From Candidatus Woesearchaeota archaeon (GTDB lineage Archaea; Nanobdellota; Nanobdellia; SCGC-AAA011-G17; JACPNG01), in contig JAGVYI010000016.1 of the NCBI GenBank assembly GCA_018303365.1, positions 15,330-79,329 of the forward strand: a stretch of 64,000 nt of DNA, given 5' to 3'. A program made the translations under genes and the position numbers. Under the pieces are notes generated by a model. The model saw nothing but the letters and a program-made list of their open reading frames with translations. It was not told the origin of the DNA and made no database searches. Shown here one piece after another: positions 45,692-56,411 of this stretch (positions are counted from its first letter, which is position 1; every line of letters starts with the position of its first letter).

Positions 45692-48121
45692 ATGCCTGAG
45701 GAGATTCAACCACGTCTTATTGAAGAGGAGCTTAAAAATTCCTATCTTAATTATTCTATGAGTGTCATTGTTGGTCGCGCTCTTCCAGATGTTAGAGATG
45801 GTCTTAAGCCTGTTCATCGTCGTATTCTTTATGCTATGCATGAGCTTGGTATGCATTATAATCGTCCATATAAAAAATGCGCGCGTATTGTTGGGGAAGT
45901 TTTGGGAAAGTATCATCCTCATGGAGACAGTGCTGTTTATGATGCACTTGTCCGTATGGCTCAGCCTTTCTCTCTCCGCCACCCTCTTATTGATGGGCAG
46001 GGTAATTTTGGCAGCATTGACGGCGATAATGCGGCCGCAATGAGGTATACAGAAGCACGTCTTTCCCAAATTGCAGGTGAAATTTTATTCGACATAGAGA
46101 AAGAGACTGTTGATTTTACCCCTAATTTTGATAATTCTTTAAAAGAGCCGGTTGTGCTTCCATCACGCATTCCAAACCTTCTTGTTAACGGTAGCTCTGG
46201 GATTGCTGTTGGCATGGCAACAAATATTCCTCCGCATAACCTTCGTGAGGTTTGCCGGGCACTAACACATTTTATTGACAATCCTGAATGCAGTGTTTCT
46301 GATATAATACCTTTTATTCAAGGTCCAGACTTTCCTACTGGTGGAAACATATGCGGGCGTCAAGGCATTCGAGAGGCTTACGAGACTGGCCATGGACGCA
46401 TTATTGTTCGCGGAAAGGCTGAAGTGAAGGGAAAGAAAATTGTAATTACCGAGATTCCATACCAAGTTAACAAGACAACCCTTATCGAGGCCATAGCAGC
46501 TCTTGTCCGTGAAAAACGAATAGAAGGCATTTCTGATATTCGAGACGAATCCGACCGGAGGGGCATGAGTATTGTTATTGAACTTAAAACCAATGCCAGT
46601 GCAGATGTTGTCCTGAACCAGCTCTATAAACACACAAACCTTCAAACTACTTTCGGCGTTCAACTATTGGCCCTTGTTGATAGTCAGCCAAAGGTTCTTT
46701 CCATTTTGGATATCTTCTCCCACTACATTTCTTTTAGAAAGGGAGTTATCCTTCGCAGTATAACTTTTGACTTGGTAAAAGCAGAGCGACGACTTCATAT
46801 TCTTGCAGGTCTTCGTGTCGCATTGCAGGATGTTGATGGTGTTGTCAGTCTTATCCGCTCTTCAAAAGATGTCGAAACTGCAAGGATTGGTCTTGTCTCC
46901 CGATATAAACTCTCTGAACTTCAAGCGAACTCTATTCTGGATATGCGTCTTCAACGTTTTACGTCTCTTGAGCAGGAGAAAATTTACAAAGAGATTGAAG
47001 AGCTTCGGGTGACTATTTCTGAGCTTCAATTAATCCTTTCTAATGAGTCAAAAGTTTTTGCTATTATTAAAAATGAGCTTTCCAACCTTGCTGAGCAGTA
47101 TGGGGATGAGCGCCGAACAACCATTATTTCTGCAACTGAAGATTTTGAGACTGAGGACCTTCTTGAGAAGCAGGATGTTGTTATTACTGTTACCCATTCA
47201 GGGTATATTAAACAAACTCCTCTTGAGCTTTATCGTCAACAACGTCGCGGTGGAAGGGGAACCAGGGCTACTTTAACTAAAGAAGAAGATCTTGTTGAGC
47301 ATCTTTTCGTCACTAGTAACCTTAACCATCTTCTTTTCTTTTCTAATCTTGGTCGTGTGTATTGGTTGCACGCATATCAAGTTCCAGAGGGATCCCGTTA
47401 TGCTAAAGGCAAGGCGCTTGTCAATCTTCTTTCGTTGCAGGAAAGAGAGTACGTAGCTGCAGTCCTTCCAATTCAAACGTTTGATGACCAACACTACCTT
47501 CTTTTCGCGACAAAACAAGGCCTTTTGAAAAAAACAAATCTGTATCTTTATTCCAGGCCACGGAAAACAGGAATTGTTGCAATTGGTCTTAGAGATGGTG
47601 ACGAAGTCGTACAAGTGCGCCTCACCCCAGGAACATTGCGAATGGTTCTTGCAACAAAATATGGGTTTGCGCTTCGTTTTGATGAATCCGCTATTTCCCC
47701 TGTTGGTCGCGGTGCTGCAGGTGTTCGCGGTGTTCGTTTGCGATCTGGAGACTGTGTCATTGGTATGGAAGTTGATGTTCCTGGAGCTTCTCTTTTGAGC
47801 GTTACCAAGAATGGATTTGGTAAGCGCAGCAACCTTGAAGACTATAGGCTTATATCGCGCGGAGGGAGGGGTGTTGTGAACATTAAGACAAAATACCTTT
47901 ATCCTGATAACAGAAATGATGCGGTTACAAGCATCAAAACTGTGCGTGATGGTGACGAGGTGCTTCTTATTAGTCATAAGGGAGTCATTATTCGCCTTCC
48001 GGTTGGTGGGATTCCTTTGGTTGGGAGGGGTGCCCAAGGAGTTCGCCTTATGCGCCTTGATGAAGATGATGCGCTTGTTAGTATGGCCCGTATTATTGTT
48101 GTGCACGACAATGGTAATTAA
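45692..48121 (+). CDS. gyrA: DNA gyrase subunit A.
   Basis: [10 protein letters not shown] active-site Tyr region; C-terminal beta-pinwheel repeats. Confidence 0.9.
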   Translation: MPEEIQPRLIEEELKNSYLNYSMSVIVGRALPDVRDGLKPVHRRILYAMHELGMHYNRPYKKCARIVGEVLGKYHPHGDSAVYDALVRMAQPFSLRHPLIDGQGNFGSIDGDNAAAMRYTEARLSQIAGEILFDIEKETVDFTPNFDNSLKEPVVLPSRIPNLLVNGSSGIAVGMATNIPPHNLREVCRALTHFIDNPECSVSDIIPFIQGPDFPTGGNICGRQGIREAYETGHGRIIVRGKAEVKGKKIVITEIPYQVNKTTLIEAIAALVREKRIEGISDIRDESDRRGMSIVIELKTNASADVVLNQLYKHTNLQTTFGVQLLALVDSQPKVLSILDIFSHYISFRKGVILRSITFDLVKAERRLHILAGLRVALQDVDGVVSLIRSSKDVETARIGLVSRYKLSELQANSILDMRLQRFTSLEQEKIYKEIEELRVTISELQLILSNESKVFAIIKNELSNLAEQYGDERRTTIISATEDFETEDLLEKQDVVITVTHSGYIKQTPLELYRQQRRGGRGTRATLTKEEDLVEHLFVTSNLNHLLFFSNLGRVYWLHAYQVPEGSRYAKGKALVNLLSLQEREYVAAVLPIQTFDDQHYLLFATKQGLLKKTNLYLYSRPRKTGIVAIGLRDGDEVVQVRLTPGTLRMVLATKYGFALRFDESAISPVGRGAAGVRGVRLRSGDCVIGMEVDVPGASLLSVTKNGFGKRSNLEDYRLISRGGRGVVNIKTKYLYPDNRNDAVTSIKTVRDGDEVLLISHKGVIIRLPVGGIPLVGRGAQGVRLMRLDEDDALVSMARIIVVHDNGN

Positions 48122-48189
48122 TCTTCTATTTCCCATTTACTTCTTTGTTTTTCATGAATATTTTTAAATAGAATATTCTCTTCTTTTGC

Positions 48190-48813
48190 ATGTTCTTTTC
48201 TTCTCTCCCCAGACTTGAGGCTTTAGTCTATGCAACCCTTATTCTTTTTGTTACAAAAGGAACATCTATTGCTCAAAATTCTCATCACGAACCTAAACCT
48301 GTGATTCCTATCTATTCGGATGAGGCGGTCTGGGGCAATACTGTTGACGCGTTCAGACAGGGCACTGGGTTAGGCGGTTTCCGGGCTATCCCTAATTTTT
48401 CCTATGTTCTTGGAAAACCAGAAAATCCAGATTATAACACTTCTGTTAGTCTTGGTAGAGGCGGTTCGCTTACACTTTCCCATAGGCGGGATGGCCAGAT
48501 TGTTTGTTTTGTTAACAATCCCCAGGATTATGACTTAGAGGTTATTACCCCTCCAAGAAACTATGATGTTAATGTGGCAGAAGATATTTCAATTTCTATA
48601 AGTCTTGATCCTGCAGGTTTATCTTGGAAGGAATTAGGCACATTTTCTTCTGATATGTTTCCGGATGGCGTTCTTCGTATTGATTTAGGAGATGTTCTTT
48701 CTGGTTACCATGTTCGCATTACTGACCCGCCTAACGGCAGGAAACACAAAAGTGCTCCTGGTGAAGAAATCGAGGGTGTTCGTTTGCGTTGGCCCTGCCT
48801 TGATGTTTCTTAA
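48190..48813 (+). CDS. Secreted hypothetical protein.
   Basis: N-terminal hydrophobic signal. Confidence 0.35.
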   Translation: MFFSSLPRLEALVYATLILFVTKGTSIAQNSHHEPKPVIPIYSDEAVWGNTVDAFRQGTGLGGFRAIPNFSYVLGKPENPDYNTSVSLGRGGSLTLSHRRDGQIVCFVNNPQDYDLEVITPPRNYDVNVAEDISISISLDPAGLSWKELGTFSSDMFPDGVLRIDLGDVLSGYHVRITDPPNGRKHKSAPGEEIEGVRLRWPCLDVS

Positions 48814-50052
48814 TTACTTTTCTTTTATTGTTCCCCATCCTATGAGGCGGAAACGTGCACCAAGAAGTCTTGATAGTGTTATTCTATCTGTTTTATCTGC
48901 ACAGACGGGTATTTTTAGTTTAATATGGAACTTTCCTTTTGTTATTTCGTTTACTGTCCCTACCGTTGCTGCGGCATTAACGTTGAGCATGAGTGTCTCT
49001 CCTTTTTTTATTGGTTCAACAATAAGTTCATCTTTTGCTCCAACAACCCTGTCTAGCAGGTGCGGCTCTAATGTTAGGTCCCACCATGTTGGTGGTAATT
49101 TTCCCTTAAGCCCTACGACACTTCCTGTGAGCGCGTCTGACTTTACTGTGCTTGGATCGAGTTTTGTTGCAATCGCTATCGACCCTCCAGGGATAGCATC
49201 GTTTATCTTCTGATCTGCAGTTCTTATTTCAGTTATTTCTGTTATGATTGGCTCATAGATTACTTTTCCTTCTTTTTCTTTTTTTCTACCTGGTCTGATT
49301 TCTATGTTGTCTTTCTCTTTAAGGGCCCCTTGCTTGAGTGACCCACCAAGCACACCTCCGACCAGCTTTTCTATAGGGGTTCCAGGTCTATTTGTATCAA
49401 AACTTCTTGCAACAAACATCCTTGGTTCTTTTTTTCTGTCCCTTTTTGGTGTTGGAAATAGTTCTTCTATTGCCTGGATAAGCACGTCAATATTGATTCC
49501 ATGTTGCGCTGATATTGGGATAACTTTAGCATCCTTTGCAATTGTATTTTTAATAAACTCCATGATTTCTTTGTAGTTTTCTTTTGCTTTATCCTTTGAC
49601 ACTAAGTCTATTTTGTTTTGTACAATAAGAATATTTTTTATTCCCGTGATTTCAAGGGCCATGAGGTGCTCCTTTGTTTGTGGTTGTGGACATTTTTCGT
49701 TTGCTGCAATAAGGAGCAGTGCTGCATCCATGATTGCTGCTCCTGAGAGCATTGTTGCCATAAGGGTTTCATGCCCTGGTGCGTCAACAAGACTGATAAT
49801 CCTCTTGTCTTCTATTTCTCCATGTTCTTTGCACTTTGGTTCTATTTTGAAACGTTCCGCTTCTTTACACTTTTTACAAGCGTAAAAGGTTGCATTTGCG
49901 TAGCCTAGCCTTATTGTGATTCCTCTTTTGAGTTCTTCTGAATGCGTGTCGGTCCATTTTCCAGAAAGTTGCTCTGTAAGGGTTGTTTTTCCATGGTCAA
50001 CATGGCCGACCATTCCTATATTTATCTCTGGCTGGGATGTTTCTGTGCTCAT
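48814..50052 (-). CDS. eif2g: Translation initiation factor aIF2 gamma subunit.
   Basis: GHVDHGKTTL, DAPGH, NKIDL, and the zinc knuckle CKKC...PKC. Confidence 0.9.
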   Translation of the reverse strand: MSTETSQPEINIGMVGHVDHGKTTLTEQLSGKWTDTHSEELKRGITIRLGYANATFYACKKCKEAERFKIEPKCKEHGEIEDKRIISLVDAPGHETLMATMLSGAAIMDAALLLIAANEKCPQPQTKEHLMALEITGIKNILIVQNKIDLVSKDKAKENYKEIMEFIKNTIAKDAKVIPISAQHGINIDVLIQAIEELFPTPKRDRKKEPRMFVARSFDTNRPGTPIEKLVGGVLGGSLKQGALKEKDNIEIRPGRKKEKEGKVIYEPIITEITEIRTADQKINDAIPGGSIAIATKLDPSTVKSDALTGSVVGLKGKLPPTWWDLTLEPHLLDRVVGAKDELIVEPIKKGETLMLNVNAAATVGTVNEITKGKFHIKLKIPVCADKTDRITLSRLLGARFRLIGWGTIKEK

Positions 50053-50091
50053 GGAAGAATTCTACTGTTTTAGCCTTTTAAACGTTTTGCC

Positions 50092-50430
50092 TTATTTTTT
50101 CTGCATACCTGAAACATGCAATATATCTTTTATTTCTTTGAACTTTACCCTTCTAAGGTTGTTGATAATAAGGTCATGGCTTGGAAGAAGACATTCTACC
50201 TCTAACCTTCTTATTTGTACTTTACCGATGTTTCCAAATTCTAGAATCTTTTTTGGACACTCCCCAGTCAAATGAGGATTATTTATATCAAAGAGACTGA
50301 TAAAGTAAGGGTGTGTTGGTCTTGTTTCACTAGAACTTTTTTTCCCAATGATGACACTCTTTACTTTGTACTCACTTTGCTGTCTCTTCTGTAGGGTTTG
50401 TCTTGGTTTCCTGCTTGGCTTCTTGGGCAT
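50092..50430 (-). CDS. Hypothetical protein between S6e and aIF2-gamma.
   Basis: ORF whose first 59 nt overlap the S6e 3' end in another frame. The start is uncertain and there is no internal ATG. Confidence 0.25.
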   Translation of the reverse strand: MPKKPSRKPRQTLQKRQQSEYKVKSVIIGKKSSSETRPTHPYFISLFDINNPHLTGECPKKILEFGNIGKVQIRRLEVECLLPSHDLIINNLRRVKFKEIKDILHVSGMQKK

Positions 50431-50818
50431 TATCTTCTTCCTCTTTTTTTATACCAAGGGCCTTTTCTATTGTTTCTTGGCCTTCTTTTGTTATCTTTAG
50501 ATTGACTTGTGCTGTTTGTGGGGTGATTGTATTTCCCCTTATTGTTTTTCTTTTTTTCAGACCCTTCTTTCTTTTTCGTAAGCCAGGCCCTTTTGACAAG
50601 AGTGCGCGTTTTTTCTGATCAGACCCTACGTCCGCTCTCATTGGAAACCCCGCATTGTCACTCCCCCCTGTTATCTGTAATTCAAACCCATTCAACTCAA
50701 TGGCTTCTCCTGTGACAACTTCGTGAATTTTCTTTCCTAATAGCGGGTCTGCCTGCACAACTTTATGATAGCTTTTGCCTGATTTTGGATGAGCTATTGT
50801 TATCTTTATTTCAGTCAT
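50372..50818 (-). CDS. rps6e: Ribosomal protein S6e.
   Basis: ITGGSDNAGFPMR signature. Confidence 0.85.
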   Translation of the reverse strand: MTEIKITIAHPKSGKSYHKVVQADPLLGKKIHEVVTGEAIELNGFELQITGGSDNAGFPMRADVGSDQKKRALLSKGPGLRKRKKGLKKRKTIRGNTITPQTAQVNLKITKEGQETIEKALGIKKEEEDNAQEAKQETKTNPTEETAK

Positions 50819-50881
50819 TTTTCCCTCTTTGCGCTTTATTAAACTTTATTATATAGTGACTATACAATATATATACCGAGC

Positions 50882-52603
50882 CTATATCCCCCAAATTGCA
50901 TTTGCTTCTCTTTTCTTTCTTGCTATCTCTTTGAGCAATTCAACTTCGTCCTCTTTTAAATATTTCGCTAACTTTTTTAGCTTTTTGAATTCTTCTTCTG
51001 TCAAATCGCTATAGAGTATATCTCCTTCTGCTATCTGTCTTCCGATAATGATCCCTGGAAGCGATATTGCTGCTTGTTTTCCTTTGTCGATCTCGTGGGC
51101 ATTTTCGCGCTCGTACTGTATGCTCTTGACTACAGCAATTTGCTTTTCTTTTTTGAACAGCGGTGTTCCTGCTTTAAGTCTTCCTACAATAACTTCAGCC
51201 CCCACTATTGCAGGGTTTGACTGGCGGAACACATATCCGTGGAGAATAATGAGTTTACAGGGGTGTGGGATATTCTGCAGGTCTTTTGCTTCCTTTTTCT
51301 TTTTTTCTTCTTCCTGCCAAGCTTTGAGGTCGTCAATTAACCTATAAATAACATTTCCTGTAATGACCTTTACTCCATCTATCTTTTCTTGCCCTACATT
51401 AAATCCAAGAATTACCCTGTCTGTTTCTTCTTTCTGGCTTGTTGTTTCTGCAATATCTTTTTTTGTTATTTTTCCTATGCCTGCTTTTTTTATTCTTATC
51501 CCCTGTTCATGTAGTAGGTTTGTCAGGGCCTCAAGTGAACCCAATGATTCTGCTTTGATTGTAATCCCTTCTTTATCTGTTTCAAATATAACTTCCTGTA
51601 CCTCTTTTTTGATTTCTTCTTTTGTCTTTTCTATTTCTTTTCCTGCCACCCTTATCGGCATTCCCGCTATTGCTTCTTTACTCTCTGGGGCATAGATTAT
51701 CACACCTGCTGTAGCAGTTACTTCTTTGGTCCTCTTGGGCCTTCCTTTCTCCTGAAGGAAAAGGGCTCTTGCTTTTGTTATGATTGGTTTTTCAAGCCCC
51801 CCGATAACAAGTGTGTCCCCAACAGTTAATCTTCCTTCATAGATTATTGCATCCAAAATTGTTCCTAGGCCTTTTTCTTCTCTTACCTCTAGGATTGTTC
51901 CTTTGGCATGACCACTTACTTCTGTTTTCAGTTTTTCTTGCAGATAGCGCTGTGCCAGGCCGGTAAGCACCATCAGCATTTCCGGGATTCCTTCTTTTGT
52001 TTTTGCTGAAACAGGTATTAGGGCGACTTGTTTTGTATAATCCTCGACCCTGTCGAATCTTTCTGCTCCAAATCCGATTTCATACAGTTTTCCGACAATC
52101 TCGTATAGTTTTGCATCTATATTGTTTTTTGTTGTTTCGTCTTGACTGTTAATTGCTGCAATCATGGTTCCGCCTTTTTTTTGCCATCCTGGAACAAGGT
52201 CAATTTTATTTAACGCCACAATGAACGGTGTTTTGTATCCTTTAAGAATTTCTACTGCTTCAATTGTTTGCGGTTTTACTCCCTCATTTATATCAATTAC
52301 AAGTATTGCTATGTCAGCAAGATTACCCCCTCTTTTTCTTAGGTTAGTGAATGCTGCATGACCTGGAGTATCAATAAACAGAATTCCTGGTAAAGTTATT
52401 TTAAGGTCTAGTTTTTCAAGCAGTTTGCCGCATGTTTTTTTTATATAGTTGAGCGGCACATCAATAGAAGATAGTTTTTGTGTAATTCCGCCTGCTTCTT
52501 TTTGTGTGATAGAAATCTCTCTAATTGATTCTAGTATTGTTGATTTTCCATGATCGACGTGACCTATGACTGTCACGACCGGTTGTCTTATATTTTTTGT
52601 CAT
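50882..52603 (-). CDS. infB: Translation initiation factor aIF5B (IF2-like GTPase).
   Basis: VVTVIGHVDHGKSTILESIR, DTPGH, NKID. Start placed at the internal MTKNIRQP Met; the ORF-track start at 52693 lies inside a hairpin. Confidence 0.85.
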   Translation of the reverse strand: MTKNIRQPVVTVIGHVDHGKSTILESIREISITQKEAGGITQKLSSIDVPLNYIKKTCGKLLEKLDLKITLPGILFIDTPGHAAFTNLRKRGGNLADIAILVIDINEGVKPQTIEAVEILKGYKTPFIVALNKIDLVPGWQKKGGTMIAAINSQDETTKNNIDAKLYEIVGKLYEIGFGAERFDRVEDYTKQVALIPVSAKTKEGIPEMLMVLTGLAQRYLQEKLKTEVSGHAKGTILEVREEKGLGTILDAIIYEGRLTVGDTLVIGGLEKPIITKARALFLQEKGRPKRTKEVTATAGVIIYAPESKEAIAGMPIRVAGKEIEKTKEEIKKEVQEVIFETDKEGITIKAESLGSLEALTNLLHEQGIRIKKAGIGKITKKDIAETTSQKEETDRVILGFNVGQEKIDGVKVITGNVIYRLIDDLKAWQEEEKKKKEAKDLQNIPHPCKLIILHGYVFRQSNPAIVGAEVIVGRLKAGTPLFKKEKQIAVVKSIQYERENAHEIDKGKQAAISLPGIIIGRQIAEGDILYSDLTEEEFKKLKKLAKYLKEDEVELLKEIARKKREANAIWGI

Positions 52604-52684
52604 TTTCCATGCTCTCTTCGGTTTCCATTGAAATTTGTCTGTTTTTAAAAGCTTTTGTGCATTTTTTATTAAGAAATAGAAAGA

Positions 52685-52703
52685 GGGAGGCATTACGCCT
52701 CCC
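52685..52703 (-). terminator. Perfect 7-bp hairpin (GGGAGGC-5 nt loop-GCCUCCC) followed by a T-rich run on the minus strand. Candidate terminator for the upstream micro-ORF, or a regulatory structure in the aIF5B leader.
   Basis: gggaggcattacgcctccc is followed by tttttcttgttttt on the plus strand; the minus-strand reading gives the hairpin plus UCUUUCUAUUUCUU. Confidence 0.35.
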
Positions 52704-52720
52704 TTTTTCTTGTTTTTATC

Positions 52721-52804
52721 TCTTCTTTTTCTTGGCTGTTTTCTTTGAAGCTGTAGTTTTCTTACTTTTTGCTACAGCTTTCTTTGCTGTTTTATTTGCC
52801 ATTT
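52721..52804 (-). CDS. Possible 27-aa Lys-rich micro-protein, MANKTAKKAVAKSKKTTASKKTAKKKKR.
   Basis: ATG preceded by GGAGGTGG at -8 on the minus strand. The composition is histone-H1-tail-like. Confidence 0.25.
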
Positions 52805-53022
52805 GTTTTTTCCACCTCCGCGGTGTTATCGTAATGTATTCTTATGTCTCCTTCTTTTGGCTTTTTTAGTAAAGAAAGAGAAATTCGGTTACTTTTAATC
52901 TCTTTAACCTCTATTTTATAGTATATAAATGTTTCTATTTTGTTATTACCTATAGATAGTCCTCTTATTTTTTGAAGTGATTATTTCATAATTTTTTTAA
53001 GTGATACCTTCATCTTTTTTGG

Positions 53023-53448
53023 ATGTCTATTGCTTCTTTTTTGAAGAGTCTCTTTTCTTTTCCTTCAAATTCTTTTGAAAGTGTTGTTTTATTGAAGGGC
53101 GTGGCTTCCCAGATTTGTGAGCTTGCTAGGGCGCATTATCCTCGCGAGGTTGTTTATTTTCTTTCAGGAAAGATTCTAAACCACACTCTTTTTATTGACG
53201 GGCTTCTTTACCAGCATTACTCTTCTGATAGTAGACATGGAATAGTATATCAAAATCTTCCTATTCTTTCTTCAATGGTCGGGTCTTTTCACAGTCATCC
53301 TGGTTTTTCATGTAACCCTTCAAAAGCAGACCTTTCTTTTTTTAGGAAGTACGGCTTTGTCCATTTTATTATTAGAAGACCATATGATTCTTCTTCTTTT
53401 TGTGCTTATGACAGTTATGGGCACCCAATACCATTTCAATTCTCATGA
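53023..53448 (+). CDS. JAB1/MPN/Mov34 (JAMM) metalloprotease-family protein.
   Basis: HSHPGFSCNPSKAD has the H-x-H-x7-S-x2-D JAMM motif. Confidence 0.65.
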   Translation: MSIASFLKSLFSFPSNSFESVVLLKGVASQICELARAHYPREVVYFLSGKILNHTLFIDGLLYQHYSSDSRHGIVYQNLPILSSMVGSFHSHPGFSCNPSKADLSFFRKYGFVHFIIRRPYDSSSFCAYDSYGHPIPFQFS

Positions 53449-54158
53449 TCTTCTTGTTTCATTTTTTTTGTACAATAAGCTGCAATATTCTCAAGATTAA
53501 TCACATCTTCTTCATTGTATTTCAATAACAACTCAAAATACTCTCCATCGTTTGAAGCGTGCATAGCTTTCCATAATTCAACAGGATTTCCATAGAGGTG
53601 CTCTGGTCTTTTGAGATTGAGCTTTTTTTCTATCTCTTTTAGTCCTCCTTTCAGTCTTATTCTCTGGCATGCTCCTTTAAGGTCATAGTGAGGTCCATCG
53701 AAAACAACCCCTTCACTTCTCAGTTTTGGAAGGTCAAAGGCGCTACCATTGAAGGTAACAAGCACTTTGGCTTTTGATAGCTCCTTTGCTATTTTGGACA
53801 TGTCCCAGTTTATCCCCTTCACCCAAGTCTTTGTCTTTTCTCCGTCGTAGATTCCGACCATAATTGGTTTTCCTGCCTGATCAACTTCAATGTCAAGATA
53901 TTTTGCTTCTTCCTTAAAATAATCATATATCCTGAACATCTCCCTTTTAGGCCAGTTTGCAAAGGCTCTACTCTCTTCTTTTTGCAGGTGCTCTTTTGCT
54001 TTTTCTATTAGGGAGTCATACTTTTTCTTGTTCTCTTTTTCTATGCCTTTGATTTTTTCTGCATTGAGAAATCCATTCCAGTCTTTTACCTGTCTTTTTA
54101 TTTTATTATTCTTTTTAATCCCTATTTTCGGAAGGAAAATAAAAGAGTGTCTTACCAT
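53436..54158 (-). CDS. RNase H-like (DnaQ/YprB-type) 3'-5' exonuclease domain protein.
   Basis: LDIEVD...NGSAFDLPKL...YNEEDV acidic motifs with DEDD-like spacing. Confidence 0.45.
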   Translation of the reverse strand: MVRHSFIFLPKIGIKKNNKIKRQVKDWNGFLNAEKIKGIEKENKKKYDSLIEKAKEHLQKEESRAFANWPKREMFRIYDYFKEEAKYLDIEVDQAGKPIMVGIYDGEKTKTWVKGINWDMSKIAKELSKAKVLVTFNGSAFDLPKLRSEGVVFDGPHYDLKGACQRIRLKGGLKEIEKKLNLKRPEHLYGNPVELWKAMHASNDGEYFELLLKYNEEDVINLENIAAYCTKKMKQEDHEN

Positions 54159-54782
54159 TTATTTCTTACTTCGTGTTAGTGTGAAAATAATGAGGATAAC
54201 TACGAGTATTGACCCTATAATGCTCATTATTATTATTATTGGTTTTTTAGCTTGTTCTTGTGACGTTAGGTTAACTACAATATTATTTTGATCTTCAGCC
54301 GGTGTTTCTACCTCGTTTTCTGGTTCTTGGACACCCGCTTCTATTTTTTGATATCGACAGAAATTACTTACACAGGTTCCTTGAATGGCCTGGTCGTCTT
54401 TTTTGCAGTCGCTGTCCTTAAGACAATTAAAACAAAGGTTATTTTTGCATTCGTCTGCGCACGCCTTACTCTCCCTTACATTGAACTCAAATTTTGCTGA
54501 CTCAAAAATGATCCTGTCCACTTCAATTTCTACACCATCTATCCGCTTTGGACTTCCTTTTGAGAGTATTTGTCTTTTATTGTTTAGACATACAATAACC
54601 TTGTTATTTCCTTCGTCAATTTTTAAAAGGGTCATATTATAGCCTTCGAAAAATGTATTTTCTCCTATTTCTATTTCAGACCTTATAATTCGAGCTTCTG
54701 CAATCTGCCCAATTAGCCCTAATACTATAATAAGAAAGAGGATGCCTTTGATTGTCTTTTTTTTCATAGTCATTGTTCTCAT
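54159..54782 (-). CDS. Secreted Cys-rich protein with a C-terminal TM anchor and basic tail.
   Basis: Signal peptide, CADECKNNLCFNCLKDSDC cluster, and a C-terminal IIIIMSIIGSILVVILIIFTLTRSKK. Confidence 0.5.
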   Translation of the reverse strand: MRTMTMKKKTIKGILFLIIVLGLIGQIAEARIIRSEIEIGENTFFEGYNMTLLKIDEGNNKVIVCLNNKRQILSKGSPKRIDGVEIEVDRIIFESAKFEFNVRESKACADECKNNLCFNCLKDSDCKKDDQAIQGTCVSNFCRYQKIEAGVQEPENEVETPAEDQNNIVVNLTSQEQAKKPIIIIMSIIGSILVVILIIFTLTRSKK

Positions 54783-54909
54783 ATTGGATTTTCTTATTTA
54801 AGTGTTTTTCTTGTTGCCTTTTTTATATACCCTTTTGATTGCCCAAATCTTTATATATTTTAGCATTTCCTAGAGATTACATAATAATACCTAATCTGAG
54901 TGATAAAAG

Positions 54910-56043
54910 GTGGCAGAATTTTCTTTTATGGCATTTCAAGGCTTTCTTGCTTCCTTGCTCTTTATTATTGCTTTTTTTTCATGGCTTTCTGTCCGCCGAA
55001 GGGTTGGCCCTGCTTTTGAGACTGCCGCTGCCTTTCACGCCCTTCTTATCGCTTCACTTGCTTTTGTCATAAGACCTTTTACTTTTTTCTTTGATAATAT
55101 GATACTCTCTTTTGCATTTTACAGTATTCAGGTTATTCTCCTTGGGGTTGCCTTTATAATTGTTTATCGTATTTATGACCGGCGGAAGGTTGGGACTCTT
55201 CCTTCTGGGGCTTCTCCTGTCTCCTTTTTAAAATCAACTTCTAAGGATGTGCGTCGCACCGAGATTTTTGAGCTTGAAAAAGCACTTGAGCGGCACCATG
55301 CTACCATTCGCAGGGAGAAAGCAAGGCTTGATTCCCAACAGCAAAAATTAAAAGAGCGTGAACGTACCTTTAATGAGCGCCTATCTTCTTTTAAAACAGA
55401 CCTTTCTGCTCTTAGGCGTTTGCGGGCAGAGCAGGAGGATTTGTCTGAAGATAAGGCGCAGCTTGAACATGACCATAAGCTTCTTACAGAAAAACAGCAA
55501 ACTCTTGCTACACAGTCTCAGGAGCTAAAAGAGCGTGAACGTAAACTTTCTAGGGATGAAAAAACTATTGTGGATGTAAAGGAAGACCTTGAAGAATCCC
55601 GCAAAGACATTGAACGCAGACAATCTCACCTTGATAAAAGGCTTACAGAGACAAAACAACTTCAAGAACATATTCAAAATGAGAAGCATTTTCTTAGCCG
55701 TGAGCGCAAGGAACTTGAGAAGTTTCACTCAAAGCTTCGTGAACAAGAAGCTGATTTTCTGGAAGAGCGCTCAGATTTTCTTAGAGAAAAAGAAAAGTTT
55801 GACAAGAAGCGTCTTGAGCTAAAATCTCGTGAAGAACAACTTGATGACCTCTCTGACAGGCTTTCACGTGAGACGGGGATAGTTCAGCAGCAGCGTCGTG
55901 AACTGAGCAGGGAGCGTGAACGTCTTTACAAAGAGGTTGCAAATCGCGAGGCAAAGTTTGTAAAAGATATTGAAAGGCGTGAGGCGAAACTTCAAAAAGA
56001 ACAGGAACATCCTTCTACCAAGAAAGGAGGAAAATCACCATGA
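54910..56043 (+). CDS. Membrane-anchored long coiled-coil protein.
   Basis: 3-4 N-terminal TM helices, then about 250 aa of Glu/Arg/Lys-rich heptad-like sequence. Confidence 0.5.
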   Translation: MAEFSFMAFQGFLASLLFIIAFFSWLSVRRRVGPAFETAAAFHALLIASLAFVIRPFTFFFDNMILSFAFYSIQVILLGVAFIIVYRIYDRRKVGTLPSGASPVSFLKSTSKDVRRTEIFELEKALERHHATIRREKARLDSQQQKLKERERTFNERLSSFKTDLSALRRLRAEQEDLSEDKAQLEHDHKLLTEKQQTLATQSQELKERERKLSRDEKTIVDVKEDLEESRKDIERRQSHLDKRLTETKQLQEHIQNEKHFLSRERKELEKFHSKLREQEADFLEERSDFLREKEKFDKKRLELKSREEQLDDLSDRLSRETGIVQQQRRELSRERERLYKEVANREAKFVKDIERREAKLQKEQEHPSTKKGGKSP

Positions 56044-56375
56044 GTGCAACTGACATCCTTTTCGGACTTAGTATTTTCTCATTTCTTTTTGCTATTTTCC
56101 TTATCTTCTTTGGTTTTCGTGTTCTTCGCTACGAAACTGAAGAATTTCGCCAACGCTTTGCCATTGTTCTTGTTGGATTCATTTTTTATGGTATAACACT
56201 TATTTTTGATTTGATTTTGTTCTCTTCTGTTTTTGGAGAACTCCCTTCTTTTCTTGTTTCTTTACAACCTATTCTTGTAAAGGTACAACTTTTGGCGCTC
56301 CTTCCACTTAGCGCCCTTTTTATCTTGGTTGCTGTCTTGTCCATTCCACACAACAGGCCAAAAGAGGATAATTAA
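56040..56375 (+). CDS. Small membrane protein.
   Basis: Three predicted TM helices. ATGA overlap with the upstream gene. Confidence 0.35.
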   Translation: MSATDILFGLSIFSFLFAIFLIFFGFRVLRYETEEFRQRFAIVLVGFIFYGITLIFDLILFSSVFGELPSFLVSLQPILVKVQLLALLPLSALFILVAVLSIPHNRPKEDN

Positions 56376-56411
56376 CCAAATACTTTATAAAGTTCTTTCA
56401 CTTATTTTCTT

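Noticed and set aside
52604-52693. ORF-track start of aIF5B at 52693 (MPPSFYFLIKNAQ...)
   Set aside because: This AUG sits in the loop of a perfect GGGAGGC/GCCUCCC hairpin, and the extension is not IF2-like. The internal Met (MTKNIRQPVVTVIGHVDHGKST) gives the canonical aIF5B N-terminus.
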